A stretch of DNA of 64,000 nucleotides from Octopus sinensis (lineage: Eukaryota): the NCBI RefSeq assembly GCF_006345805.1, contig NC_043001.1, positions 12,710,001 through 12,774,000 of the forward strand, written 5' to 3'. Positions 24,604-38,180 of the stretch are shown here, piece by piece. The notes under the pieces were generated by a model. It was given only the letters and a program-made list of their open reading frames with translations. It had not been told where the DNA came from and did not search any database. Positions within the stretch are counted from its first letter, which is position 1. Each line of letters starts with the position of its first letter. The position numbers and the translations under genes are program-made.

Positions 24604-26231
24604 GTTTTGTTGAATTTCTGCTGCTTTTATATAAAGCATATTACTCTACCCCTGGTATTTGAGTACTCTTTTAATTCCAACTTGTTTCACATTAATGTGT
24701 TTACTCCGGTATATTTATATATATATACATATAAATATAAAACTTATATATATATATATATATATATGTATACACATAAAATTATATATATATAGATGCT
24801 AATATGTATCTTTCCATACATATATATATATATTTAGTAGTATCTCTGTGTGTCTTTTACGTCTGTGTTTGTCACCATCTCCTTCACCCCATTGGCTAAT
24901 GATGCTGCTTAGTTCACATAATCGTCCCTTAGAAGTTTAGTTAAACAAAGTAGTTGAAATATTTTGGTGTCTTAAAGAAAGTAAATAAAGAAAAATCTGT
25001 TTGTATGTCGAGTTATTCCGCGAACTTGTTACGCATGGACATACACACTCTCCGAACTGATCGATTAAAATCACTGAAACATTATGAAATAAAAGATAGA
25101 CTTCTATATTATACATATTCGTTTCATCAAACTGACTAACATTATGCAGAAATTCATATTTTGCCTGGTAGGGACAAAGAAATAAATCGATGCAGTACAG
25201 AGAAAGATGGAGGTGATAGCATATTTAATGATTAGATTACTGTATAGTAGGATAAAACGCAGCACTTAATATGTTTTAAAAATCCATCTACGTAGACATT
25301 TGGTCTAAAATTGCTAAAAGCGTCGTATGTTTAATCATGTTTCATCTATAAATCTTTGTTGCCAACAAGGATGTAACTGGAATAAATTGAAACATATTTG
25401 AAATCACAAAGAAGAAAGAGAGTAAAGGTGATTGCAAACAAACTAAGATCTAAACATGCCAAGAATTTGGTAATGAATATATAAATGCATGTGTCTTAGA
25501 GAATGGTATACAATGAATTTATTATCTGTCGGCTCGTGGTCGTCTTCATTTTTCAATCCTTAAGATCATGAATAATCAATGGTTCAGAGCGTTGTAAAAC
25601 AAACTCAATCAAAGTTATTTCGAGCATTCTACAGAAGCATTTAAATCTATAAATGCAAGTATCTCAAGTATGTGAATTAGTCCTGTGTTAGATGCCAGAA
25701 ATGATATCAAGATAAAAGACTTCCAGTGGAAAATGATACATAATATAAATATTTGAGATGGCAACAAATAACACCATACAAAATATAAATTGTAAGATCT
25801 CAGATAAAACAATGTCTCAGTTTAGAGAAATGTGTGTTAAAACTCTACAAGATTAAACGATCAGCTGAATATTCACGTACATACTTATTTACTATGATTA
25901 CTCTTAGTTTAGTTAATCGTTAGAACCCGGCTTGTATATTCTGCCCTTTCAAATGAAACTTCTTGCACTAGCTTATTATCACTTAGCATATAAATATAGC
26001 CACTTAGGCACATAAATTCGTCAAAGATTATTACTATTCAGAAGACCCTCTACAGTGAGTAAACTGTTACTTCCAGCCATGTTGTTCTTGATTATACTTT
26101 TGTAATTAAACAAATACTTTTATCGGATGGGATACTCCGTTATATTCTCCATTCATGCAAACTGTTAAATTTAGTCCGAACTGTGTGTGTGTGTATGTGT
26201 GTGTGTGTGTGTGCGTGTGTGTGTGTGTGTG

Positions 26232-26269
<38 letters not shown>

Positions 26270-26949
26270 TTTTACAAACACATTGTTGATTAGACTTAAG
26301 GCTTTTGATGACACATGAATCAAGTTGATTTAAATTCCGGACACATTTGAACAAAACTATTTTATACAAATCACACCCTTGACAGAAACGAATGCTTTCA
26401 ACCTTACGTTTGAATAACTTTATTCACAACTGAAAATGTGTTTATAGCTGTAAAAATATGTATACGTTACGCATATATTTTCTGTCTACAGTAAAAGATA
26501 TAAACCGATTTGCATAAAGAGCATATTTTGGGCTTTATTTTGATACATAAATTAATGACAAACACATCAGTGTTATATTTTGGTATTATTTAATGAATAG
26601 GGAAATAACTGAAATATAGATAACATTAGGTTTTAAAATTTAAAAGAATTCGATGTACCAAACAGCGTAAACACAGTTTCTTGGCGAAGGCATAATGTGA
26701 TCGGCAGAAAATTCGGTATTAGATTAGAAAAATCCGGTAACGAAATTCATGTATAATTCATGTATTTTTGTAGTGTAAATTTTAATTAATTCTGATTACA
26801 AATGTTGATACAAGGTTAGCCGTTCGGGGGACGGTTTAAGTTGAATATATGGTACTAATGTAATCAAAAGCCGAAGGAATGTAACACGAAGTCATTTTTT
26901 CCGGTGTGATAAGCATTCTGTCAGTGCATTGCTTTATATTTAATTAATA

Positions 26950-27495
26950 AGGATTTCAAATTTTGGCGCAAGACCAGCAATATCGTGAGGGTGGGTACAG
27001 TTACGTTGCGCCCAGTACTAATTTAATCGTCCCTGAAATACTGAAGAGCAAGTAGACAGCAGAACACGAAGAATGACGAAATACCTATTTCTTTACTACC
27101 AACAAGGGGCTAAACACAGCGGGGACAATCAAGGACTGACAAATGGATTAAGTCGATTATATCGACCCCAGTGCGTAACTGGTACTTATTTAATCGACAC
27201 CAAAACGATGAAAGGCAAAGTCGACCTCGGTAGAATTTGAACTCAGAACGTAACAGCAGACGAAATACCTATTTCTTTACTACCGACAAGGGGCTAAACA
27301 CAGAGAGGACAAACAAGGACAGACACACGGATTAAGTCGAATAGAGCGACCCCAGTGCGTCACTGGTACTTATTTAATCGACCCCGAAAGGATGAAAGGT
27401 AAAGTCGACCTCGGTGGAATTTGAACACAGAACATAAAGACGGACGAAATGCCGCTGAACATTTCGTCCGGCGTTCTAACGATTCTGTCAGCTCA
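26950..27495 (-). mobile_element. Nin/Deu-domain-like SINE trimer
   Basis: Junction gacgaaatacctatttctttactac at about 27076 and 27260 (~184-bp period); head at the right end; degenerate tail-B unit at the left. Confidence 0.85.
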
Positions 27496-27979
27496 TTACT
27501 TTAGGTCTAATTAATAATTACTGTTTGTCACTGATTACATTCTGGCAAAACACAACCACAAATTGTAAAAGTTGAAAATGCTCCTCAAAATAAATATTTT
27601 ATCATTAAAACTTTTACGTATCTGTTATTAGGAGATATTCACCTGACTAGCACATGTTTACATAAGTCGAAAATGAGAATTAACAATAAAATACAAAACA
27701 ACCTCAGATGCCATACATAGAAAAGACCGGAGAATAATTTCCTCAATTATAGAAAAAAACAAGACAGAAGAAAAGCAATACGCAACTGTAACAAACTATT
27801 TAATTATGCATTGCAACATCGGTTTAAAAACGCTACTAGAGTAAATAACAAATTACTGAATAATTAACTGCGAATCAAACAGGAAGAAAATAAATTCTTG
27901 TAAAAATGAAGGCTTGTCAGAATTACATGAATTAGCATCAGTATAAATATAAATGTCAACTTGCCTCTTTCCAAATAAT

Positions 27980-28029
<50 letters not shown>

Positions 28030-28175
28030 GAAAATCAGAAATTTAGATTTTCGTCTCGCAATTACCCAGATGAAGCATCCTCGACCAGCTGGTTTGCTTT
28101 AAATAATATTCAAATAGATAGTAATTAGTATGTGTAATCCTGAATAATGCCATAGGTTCATGAACCTGGCAACGT

Positions 28176-28206
28176 AATGCTGATGAGGAGTGCAGAAACG
28201 TTCATT
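28176..28206 (+). ncRNA. Minimal hammerhead motif, core intact, stem II weak
   Basis: AATG-CTGATGA-GGAGTGCA-GAAA-CGTT-CATT. Confidence 0.55.
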
Positions 28207-28322
28207 TTCATCAACTGATAAAGCCAGTTAACTTCCAACCTCGTGTTATTATATATATATACATAGTAGTAGTAGCAGAAAAGAGGAATTTCGATTATAC
28301 CCACGTGGTGAGTTGTAATGTA

Positions 28323-28525
28323 TATAAGAAATTAAAAAAAGGAAAACATGCACACTTACGTAGTTTTTGATATAATTTTTAATATATCGACCGGTTTCTT
28401 AAGAAAAAAATATATTCAAATAAGTAAAACATAGTATCATGAATAGCGATAACGAAACCGGTCGATATATTAAAAATTATATAAAACTATGTAAGTGTGC
28501 GTATTTTCTTTTTTAATTTCTTATA
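28323..28525. repeat. Diverged inverted repeat (~75-bp arms) carrying a GAAACCGGTC hammerhead half-motif, abutting (TA)n
   Basis: 28323-28398 against 28454-28525 with several mismatches. Confidence 0.9.
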
Positions 28526-28822
<297 letters not shown>

Positions 28823-29070
28823 AGTTATGGCATATTCTGTTAAGAACATAGTAACATACCAATTCAGATTTCGAAAAGGGCTACCCAAAGTACACCCAGA
28901 GTTATGTTGGGGCTCCTGTAGTATGCAAATGGATAATTGAATAAGTTCGAGGAACATGCATTTGTAAACACTACAATTGTTTCAACGCAGGTTCGCAGGT
29001 ATTTGGCTCTGTAACCTTTTCCCTGCATTCTGAGAACTTGTTGTAATGCACCAGGTGATATATAAATATT

Positions 29071-29284
29071 CTTTCTACTCTAGCCATTAGACTCGAAATG
29101 TTTTTGAGGGGAAGGCAGTCATTTAGATCGACCGCATTACGCAACTGGTACCTAATTTATCGACCACAAAAGGATAAAACGCAAAGTCGACTACGAGATA
29201 ATTTGAACTCTGAACGTAAAGGTAGATGAAATACTGCTAAGCATTGTGGCCGGCGTGCGAACGTTTCTCTCAACTCGTTGTCCT
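29071..29284 (-). mobile_element. Old Nin/Deu-domain-like SINE with 17-bp TSD
   Basis: GGTGATATATAAATATT at 29054-29070 and 29285-29301. Confidence 0.85.
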
Positions 29285-29813
29285 GGTGATATATAAATAT
29301 TGTTTATGTTTTCCGTATTGTTTATGTTTTCGGTTTCGACCGCATCTTTTCTGTCTGTCTTGGCTATGCGAGGTAGTAGTATCCACTCAGTATAACAAAA
29401 TGTACGTTGTAGTTGAAAGTCTGTTGATGAACATGCTTTAAATGTGTAGATGGAGTGGGATGGTGGCTATGCTATGGAAGGTAACTATTGTGGCTCATAT
29501 TTAAGAGAGAGCCAGGGTGCTGCTAATTCATTGTTGATGGTCGGTTACACATGTGATTGCCACTAGCTGACCTTCGAGAATTCACCAGTCGTGACAGACA
29601 TATAGGATGTAGTCGAAACTTAAAGTTTCAACACAGAAACAATGTTTATACATTACCTCAAGAAACACAACAAAATCGTATCTCAGTATGCAGGGAAACG
29701 GTTGCAAAAATAAATACCCGCGAACCTTGGAGAACTACGTTGCGTGGAAACAATTGCAGTGATTACAAATAAATGTTCCTTTATATACCTTCTTGTTAAA
29801 AACAAATCATATG

Positions 29814-29851
<38 letters not shown>

Positions 29852-30283
29852 CATATATATGTATATATGTATATATATGTATATATATATACACAGGCAC
29901 AACGTTTCATGTGAATCACATATGCCTGGTACTTCATGATATATAATCATAATTTTTTCTAGTCTTCAATAATTGTTTTATCAATTCCTCACAATATATG
30001 ACATATTTGATTTTAGAGAACGGGACATGTTAGAGCATGGATGACTGGAGGCTACGTCATTAAAATTGTTTAATTGCTTATCTTCTTTAAAGCACACACT
30101 TTCAATTATGTTGGCTTTCCAAAACCAGCATATAACTTAATCTGACAATTGAACGCCATGATGGAGTACAATGCTCTAGAGACAGAAGATGTAAAATAGT
30201 GAAGCAGTTTGTGCCTTTAAACAAAGCCTTGAGTTAGGTAGTATAATGATAGACGAGATGAACCGCCATTGTGTCAAAGAAAA

Positions 30284-30470
30284 CTATATCAAAAATACTG
30301 TTCTTTGTGAGCTCCTTGAAGAAGATTCCGGAAGAGGGCTGTAACCCGTATATCTCTTCTGTTCATCATTAACGTTGATAATGGAGCAATAACTCTCTGT
30401 GTATTTTGGCTCATCAGGTCTATGTTTTTGCTCGTAAGTGTAGAACTTCTTGTTACGAAAGAGGACTATG
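30284..30470 (-). CDS. Candidate coding exon (LFRNKKFYTYEQKHRPDEPKYTESYCSIINVNDEQKRYTGY..)
   Basis: Unique island with protein-like codons on the minus strand and a possible accatag acceptor; an alternative plus-strand exon 30322-30433 ends at a strong gtaagt donor. Confidence 0.25.
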
Positions 30471-30700
30471 GTACAGATATTGTAGCGCAATCATCCTGAG
30501 AAATAGGCCTCCGACACCCAGTGAGCGTTATTCAAGTTTGTTATGAATGTCACTAAATAGGAACAAAGCCCTTGAATTGGTCCCAGCGATTAACATCAGA
30601 ATTGGAACAACTCAGTAACAAAAAATAAATCTTCTGTTTAACAATTTCAATTAGTGAGCTCACCCATTGCAGTCACACATATATACACACGAGCGCCCCA

Positions 30701-30738
<38 letters not shown>

Positions 30739-31546
30739 GACCATCCCATTACAGATTGTTAAAATAGTACATTTATAAGTTTAGCCGTCATGGTTTGGGG
30801 ATTTATTAGACATATCAACACTCAAAACACGGATATAAATTAGGAATAATTTTGTAAAATGCGTAGCCAATAATTTAGACTAGACGGGCATATTTAGGTA
30901 CTAATAAATGTTACATGCATTAATTTATTTTTTACATGGTTGAATAGTGAGATATCGGAAGCGTATAACATGGCTTCCCGCTGAATAGATTGAGCAAATA
31001 TGTGATATTTATCTCTTTATCTGTTACTAGCAAGCGGAATTAACTCTTATTCACTTTATTGAAATCTGTCATTTGCAAAAAAAATATGCTAATCAAATTT
31101 AACTTAGTTAAAATTTTATCGTGCAGAACATACCAAGGCTGGATTAGGTTTACAAAAGAGAGATTGGAATATTTTTGCGAACAAAATTTTGAAATGCACA
31201 GCGACGTTTTTTGTTTTTTTTTTTGAATGTGTATAAGTTACGACAAAATATAATCCTCACCGCTTCAAAAAAAACTTTCAGTTCTTAAATTTAAGATTCC
31301 ATATAACTGGGACCCAACAGTAGCTATGTTTCCCAGTTGAAAGGAACATATTTGGAAATGATGATTCGAAAATATAGATTATTTCTAAGATAATCCACTG
31401 TTTTAATCTGTGTGCGTTTCTCACCGAAACATATTAAGTATTTCGTTTGGCCTATGTTTTGTCGTCATTCAGGTGTATTTTCTTAAACGAACATTTATAA
31501 TTTCGATCATTAAAGTTGTATTCACTTTTTATAAGTATTTTGTATA

Positions 31547-31625
31547 GGCGCAGGAGTGGCTCTGAGGTAAGTATCTTGCTTACCAACGACATGGTTTTGG
31601 GTTCGGTCTCACTGAGTTGCACCCT
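31547..31625 (+). mobile_element. OR2-like SINE head fragment
   Basis: ggcgcaggagtggctctgaggtaag..gggttcggtctcact. Confidence 0.8.
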
Positions 31626-31731
31626 GTTTCTGTGTGTGTATGTATACGAATATATATATACATATATATATATATATAAATATATACGCACAGGAAAACA
31701 CATACACGCACATAGATACTTTCATAGATAC

Positions 31732-31762
<31 letters not shown>

Positions 31763-32146
31763 TATATATGTGTGTATGTGTGTGAGTGTGTGTGTGTGTG
31801 TATGTATGCATATTGTGATAGTTATGTTTTGTAAAGACGTAAAAGGTGTTTTTTCTTTTCATTTATATAAGTGTAGGACCTTTCTTTAACTAACTAGAGT
31901 ATGAAAATATTTCATGTCTGTTCTGCCATATATATGGCGGAACATGAAGTAGTTATTTATAAATCTCATGTCTCTTATGCTATTGATAGCATAGTGCCAA
32001 TGCAGAATTGTAATCGTTGAATTTATTGAGAAGTTAGGTGCATAAGATAAAATGGGACAAAGGAAAGCAACTTTTTGAATAGAAATACAAAATGGCTGAC
32101 GGTTAGTAAGGAGAGAGACACAAATAAGAAAGAAGAAAACAAAGGA

Positions 32147-32186
32147 CCACTGATGCGGTCACAGGAGTGTGACGAAAGAACTCTGG
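32147..32186 (+). ncRNA. Type-I hammerhead ribozyme with A9 substituted
   Basis: CCA-CTGATGC-G GTCACA GGAG TGTGAC-GAAA-GAAC-TC-TGG; perfect 6-bp stem II. Confidence 0.68.
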
Positions 32187-32309
32187 CCGAAATAAGATCA
32201 AGATTAATGTAAAAATAAATAACACTGAAGCAAAGTAACACCAATATATAGTGCGTGTGATTTTATTGGCTAAACTGGCAATATAACAATATATATTATA
32301 TATATATAT

Positions 32310-32357
<48 letters not shown>

Positions 32358-32765
32358 ATAATTTGTATATATTTATAACTGTAATATTTATATAAATATC
32401 TGTCTGCATCTTCCTCCACTTTTGCTCCCTCGTTTGTGCTCTCCTCTCTCTCTCTTTCTGTCTATATCCGTTCTCCCCCACAAACACTTTCACACATACA
32501 TATATATTTCCTTAAATGCATATCAAACGTAGAAAAAGTAAAATTATAAAAATTTAAAGAGTCACGTAGAAAAAAAAATAAAAAACATGAAAACCATACA
32601 TCCACATAATCAATTTTTTTTCGTCTGATAAAACAACATCTACAAATCAGCTGTCCCGAAAAAGCAGCATTCATTACGGATAGCGCTACTCAAACTATAT
32701 ATTTCTTTAATTAATTTAGCAACAAACCCCATTCATAAATATTCTTTCTGAAAAATATTCTCAAT

Positions 32766-32804
<39 letters not shown>

Positions 32805-32857
32805 ATATGTATGTATATATGTATGTATGTATATATATATATATATGTATGTATGCA

Positions 32858-33079
32858 CCTATTTCTTTACTACCCACAAGGGGCTAAACGCAGAGGGAAC
32901 AAACAAGGACAGACAAACGGATAAAGTCAATTATATCTACCCGAGTAACTGGTACTCGTTTAATCGACCCCGAAAGGCAAAGTCGACCTCGGCGGAATTT
33001 GAACTCAGAACGTAACGGCAGACGAAATACGGCTACGCATTTCGCCCGGCGTGCCAACGTTTCTGCCAAGCTCGCCGCC
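32858..33079 (-). mobile_element. Nin/Deu-domain-like SINE (head and tail A)
   Basis: Matches 45181-45410. Confidence 0.9.
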
Positions 33080-33465
33080 TTAATCTATTTAGATATATAT
33101 AATATTATCTAGATATATAATATATACATACATACACACAAGTAAATAACCAATCTATCGTCACTTCTCGGCAATATCTTTAAACACATCAATAACGCAC
33201 AGTCCTACCTATAAGTAGAATAAACACAAACATCACATCATAAAAATAAGGTAAACAAACCAATAAAGAGGCCAGAAGTACGGCACCCAATCAATAAACA
33301 TGAAACAAACTCACGAACAATCACAAGCATCGAACTACGACTGCCAACACAACTTCTAAGAAATGCAAATACCTCGTGATAAACGGTAGCGTAAACAAAT
33401 GAAGCAATCCGAAAAGCAGCTTCAAGTCAGCAAATTTTTATGAAAACAAGCATTTGCATTAAACT

Positions 33466-33499
<34 letters not shown>

Positions 33500-34331
33500 T
33501 ATATATATATATATATGGAAGGATATGACTACCACGCCAAACCATACGCATATACACACATATATAAAAGGATATAAACATATCTATACCGCACACTTGT
33601 ATACACACGAGGGAGCTTTTATGTATATACGGCTGTTTGTAGAATCTTTGTTTGACAATTATATATTAATTCAGTCAATGAAAAAAATAAGGTGTATCGA
33701 TAATTTCAATAATTTATGTATGTGTTTGTGGATATGTATACTTTGTGTCAAAGAAAGGAAAGTAATTGATTGATAAACAAATATGTGAGATATATACGTG
33801 TGAGTTGAATCTGCTGCCACAATATGTATTTACGCCTACCAGTGTGAAAAAAAAAATTCTCCGGGCAGAAAACACTGTTTGGAAGCATAAATAGGACAAT
33901 CACATTTACTTCAGTATATTAACCAGTGTTTTTCAACAGAATGAGAAACACGTTTATATCGAAACTCGATAAACATGTGACCTACATTTCGATTGAAAAT
34001 AAGAAATATAATTTGTGTGTGGCGTTTTTGTTTTTACCATATTGTATGAATTACTTTTGTAGGTTTCCTTTGTAATTGTTAGAAGATTTTCTTCAAATAG
34101 GAGATTTTTTTTTTACAGACATTTCTCATAATTCGTTATATGTGAAAAAAATTCTTGAAACACTCCTTATAATGTTGTTAGCGGTATCGGAATTATGAAT
34201 ATAGAAAGGAAGCACAATAACTTCTTTTTAATATGTATAAAATGCAAACGCAAAAAGTTTCACCAAAAACAACTTTCCGCAGCAACCTCAATGACAGGCG
34301 TCACATACGTCCAAATATTCCTACTGAATAT

Positions 34332-34447
34332 CCTTTTCTGAACTAGGCACAAGACCCGAAATTTTGTGGAAGAGGGCCACTACGTTAGGTCCACCCCAGT
34401 ATGCAACTGGCACTTAATTCATTGACCCTAGAGAACGAAAGGCAAGG
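34332..34447 (-). mobile_element. Degenerate Nin/Deu-domain-like SINE, tail B
   Basis: ctaggcacaagacccgaaattttg..ccccagtatgcaactgg. Confidence 0.7.
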
Positions 34448-34512
34448 ATTTTATGTGTGAGTGTCTATACACACATACACTCACAAACACATACACACAC
34501 ACACATATATAT

Positions 34513-34559
<47 letters not shown>

Positions 34560-34672
34560 GTTTGTGTGTGTGTGTGGTGTGTGTAGGAGAATTTACGAAA
34601 AAAACAAAAAAGAAGACAGTGTGTACAAAACAAACATATGTATTGGTATAACGCTCAGGAATAGAAAAAACT

Positions 34673-34708
34673 CTTTTACCTTTCGAGCCTTCGGTCTTCT
34701 ACAGAAAG
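34673..34708 (-). ncRNA. Degenerate minimal hammerhead motif
   Basis: CTTT-CTGTAGA-A GAC CGAAGG CTC-GAAA-GG-TA-AAAG. Confidence 0.5.
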
Positions 34709-35286
34709 GGACACAGAAAAAAACAAGGAGAGAAAAAAATGTGTGTAGTGGCTAACCATCTATCATGATATATATATATATATACATACACATGCACACA
34801 CACACACACACATGTATATAATGCTGAAATTTCATATAGTTTTGTAGTTCCATATGCCTTGCAAAACGTTTTAGAGATATTTAGTCTTACTTATTGAGAA
34901 CACAAATTACCACTTGATATAGGCAAGCTACATATTACACTGGCCTCTACCGTAGAACCTCCTCCTGTTTACGTCTTGCTTGCATAATTACATCTCCTTT
35001 CCATATTTGAAGGTGCGAATATTTTAGGGTCTGATTCTGGCCACCGATAAGCAACTGGTGTTTAACAATGAAAATATGGAATATTTTTTGTATGCATCTT
35101 TGTCTAACTCTCTACTTCACCACACTGAAAGTCCATGCTTCTGAGTGGCGTCAGTCTCTACCTGATACCAGTAAAATGTAGACGGTACAATATGTATATA
35201 TATATATATATATAAGTAATAGTTACGTTATATAAGTTATGAAATAGAGAGTGAAGTGGAGGAACGTTTAACCCTTTTCTCACACC

Positions 35287-35334
35287 GTCTCCGATGAAGG
35301 GATACATAGAATATTCCGGAAACAGCTATAAGAC
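35287..35334 (+). ncRNA. Type-I hammerhead ribozyme, CCGAUGA core variant, in a unit between two (TA)n tracts
   Basis: GTCT-CCGATGA-A GGGATA CATAGAA TATTCC G-GAAA-CAGCTA-TA-AGAC. Confidence 0.72.
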
Positions 35335-35563
35335 CATCTAATTATAAATGTTCTAAATTCTTCACAGGCTTGTTTTTTTTATCTTATTCTGAAAAAAATG
35401 TTTATATATACATATGCTAATATAGGACCTACGTTGGACACCTTATTCGCATAATCACCGAAACTCTAGCTTAACTATGGTCGGTCCATAGCACTTACTC
35501 AGCATTATCGAACATCTTCGGGTCTTATTGACCCATTACCTTTCATAACTTGTATTATATATA

Positions 35564-35595
<32 letters not shown>

Positions 35596-35710
35596 TAATA
35601 TATATTATATAATAGTATGTATATAATATATATATATAATATATAATATATATATTATATATATATATATATATATAATAATATATATATTTATATATAT
35701 ATAATATATA

Positions 35711-35753
<43 letters not shown>

Positions 35754-35834
35754 TTGTTTATATATAATAGCAATTATTAGAATATATTTAATGTGTCACT
35801 CGTTAAAACGGAATATTAATGTTGAAACAGGAAT

Positions 35835-36295
35835 AAAAACATGTCATTGTCGTATGCCGGACTGATGCCCACTTGCTAGATCCTGCCTGCGCAGAGATAT
35901 AGTTTATAAGTGCCGTGTAGAGATACATGCCTCACACAAGTTAAGAGTTTACAATGGAAGAAATACTGATTGAAAGCGTTGCTATAGGACTCATTTTAAT
36001 TCAGTTACTAACTTAAACTATAAATTCACAACAACATAGCTATATATATATATATATATTATATATATATATATATATACGAACCTAAGTTAAAGAATAT
36101 ACAATATTCATTACCTTGGTATACAATAACAGAAGCTCCACCGTATAATACAATGATGCGTGTATGCACATTTTGTATTGAAGAATCTATAAACATTCTC
36201 TGTTGATATAATTCTATATTATTGAATAAGTTCTCTGATGCTATGTACTCTTTTAACCGTAGATACCATTCAACATTTAAGCCTTTTGATCAATC
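35835..36295 (+). mobile_element. Naiad-like Penelope GIY-YIG domain relic, split by (TA)n
   Basis: CHCRMPD*CPLARSCLRRDIVYKC..VYNG, then after (TA)n at 36040-36080 YSLPWYTITEAPPYN..CTFCIEES..LLNKFSD. Confidence 0.75.
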
Positions 36296-36329
36296 CGGAT
36301 ACAGTGATCATTAAACTCTTTAATTAGAT

Positions 36330-37060
36330 AAATTTCAACTGATATTTATACTCGCACTACCCCTCACCTTCATTTTAGGGAATAATTGCTTGCTTATAAT
36401 CTACCATATTTTCTAAATTTTGGGCCACAATTCTTGCTATAATATTTCCTCTTCCTACTAACATGCATAACTCTTTATAAAACAAAACAAAAAACATTTA
36501 CTAATCATGACAGTATATGGACTGAAAGTGGTGGAAGAAGTCACTGGATGTGAATCCTAATACATTCTCCCTGATACAGGGGTCAGTGTGTAAAATCTGG
36601 ATAGGAGTATCTTTTATCTGTATGGATTACTGTACTAATGAAAGAGCCATCGGACTATCACCGTTTAATTCTTGAAATTGGAGTATCTACATCTAATAAT
36701 TGGAAATTTATCTTCCATTTGGAGGCTTAAGCATTTCTTTATTTACCTTTTCGCAAGAATTTACTCTTATTTTAATACACTTGAAATAATTTTAAAAAAA
36801 TTTCTTTTCATATATTTGTAACAACCCTCTTAATCTGTAAGTAGGACGATATCTTAAACATATCCCTTTTAAAGGCTAATATATATTTATACATCAGTAT
36901 AATTTTTCCACGCATATATGTCTAATATATTCTTATATATTTATGCATGTGTAATTTTTGTAATATTTTGTAATATTGTAATTAGTGATACATTAAGTAT
37001 GCTTCAATAATTTGCATACACTGGATTTATGGATGAGTATACTCTGCATTATAATTCTAA
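36330..37060 (-). mobile_element. Very degenerate Naiad-like RT relic, opposite orientation
   Basis: Scattered VYSSINP (FYPSI-like), FQLLDV and GDSP..QIKDTP fragments. Confidence 0.35.
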
Positions 37061-38080
37061 ATTGTTTAACCTACTTGAATTTTCTTTTAAAAAATAATGG
37101 GTGAGTGTGTGTTGTTGTATTTGGGGTGGGCAATGTTGTTTTTGACAATTAAATACACCCACGATATACACTTCACATTTATTAATCCTTATTTCATTTT
37201 AATGTCTTCTGTCTGAACATCGCACTTCCAGTGACTTCTTCCACCACTTTCAGTCCTACGTGTTTCCTCCTGTTCATGCTATTCTGTCAGAATGGGCTAA
37301 CATAATAATATTATTACCAAATATAACAATATCTCATTCAACACGCTGATATCACATCAAGTAGCTTTCAAATCAGATATTTAAACGGATATATACATGC
37401 GTATACATGTATGCATACGTCACGTAATTATACACGCACATTTGTTGTTTATATTTATATTTATCTATACGCAGAGTTTGAAATGAATGTGAGATAACTA
37501 CGTAGGGTAGTATTAGGGCGACGTTCATGCGAATGCGTGTATTGCTTGTACATGCTTCTACATGAGAAATTTTAATTACACTATGTTCCATTCATGATTT
37601 ACGATGTGATTTAAACATAATGTTCGAATAAATAGAACATCCCGCTTGCAAACATCTGCAACACAATGTTCTAACACAGTTGCCTTTCGCTAGATTGATA
37701 TTCGCTTTCAATAAGATATTCCAATAAGTTATTTGTTTTAATTTGCAGCTTGTTTGGTACGTTATTTATCACTATTGTGGGAACTCATATTGTTCCAGTT
37801 ACAAAAGGTATTAATAGAAAAGACACCAGTTTCGTCTTTTAGAAATTGACGTTTAAGATTGCAAATTAGCATAGCAATCGCTTTTGTTCGATCACGACAA
37901 AGGATATCGATTATTGACTTGTAGAATAAGAGAAATATAATAAAACTTGTTTTAATGTGACGAATATGTAGGACATTGGAGATATTTCTAAAGGCTCTTG
38001 TTTAGAATTAACCTTATACACACACAGGCACATATATATATATATAAAATATATATATACCTCTTTTACTCTTTTACTTG

Positions 38081-38180
38081 NNNNNNNNNNNNNNNNNNNN
38101 NNNNNNNNNNNNNNNNNNNNNNNNNNNNNNNNNNNNNNNNNNNNNNNNNNNNNNNNNNNNNNNNNNNNNNNNNNNNNNNN
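38081..38180. other. Assembly gap (100 N)
   Basis: Run of N preceded by cttttactcttttacttg, the OR2-like SINE tail repeat. Confidence 0.99.
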
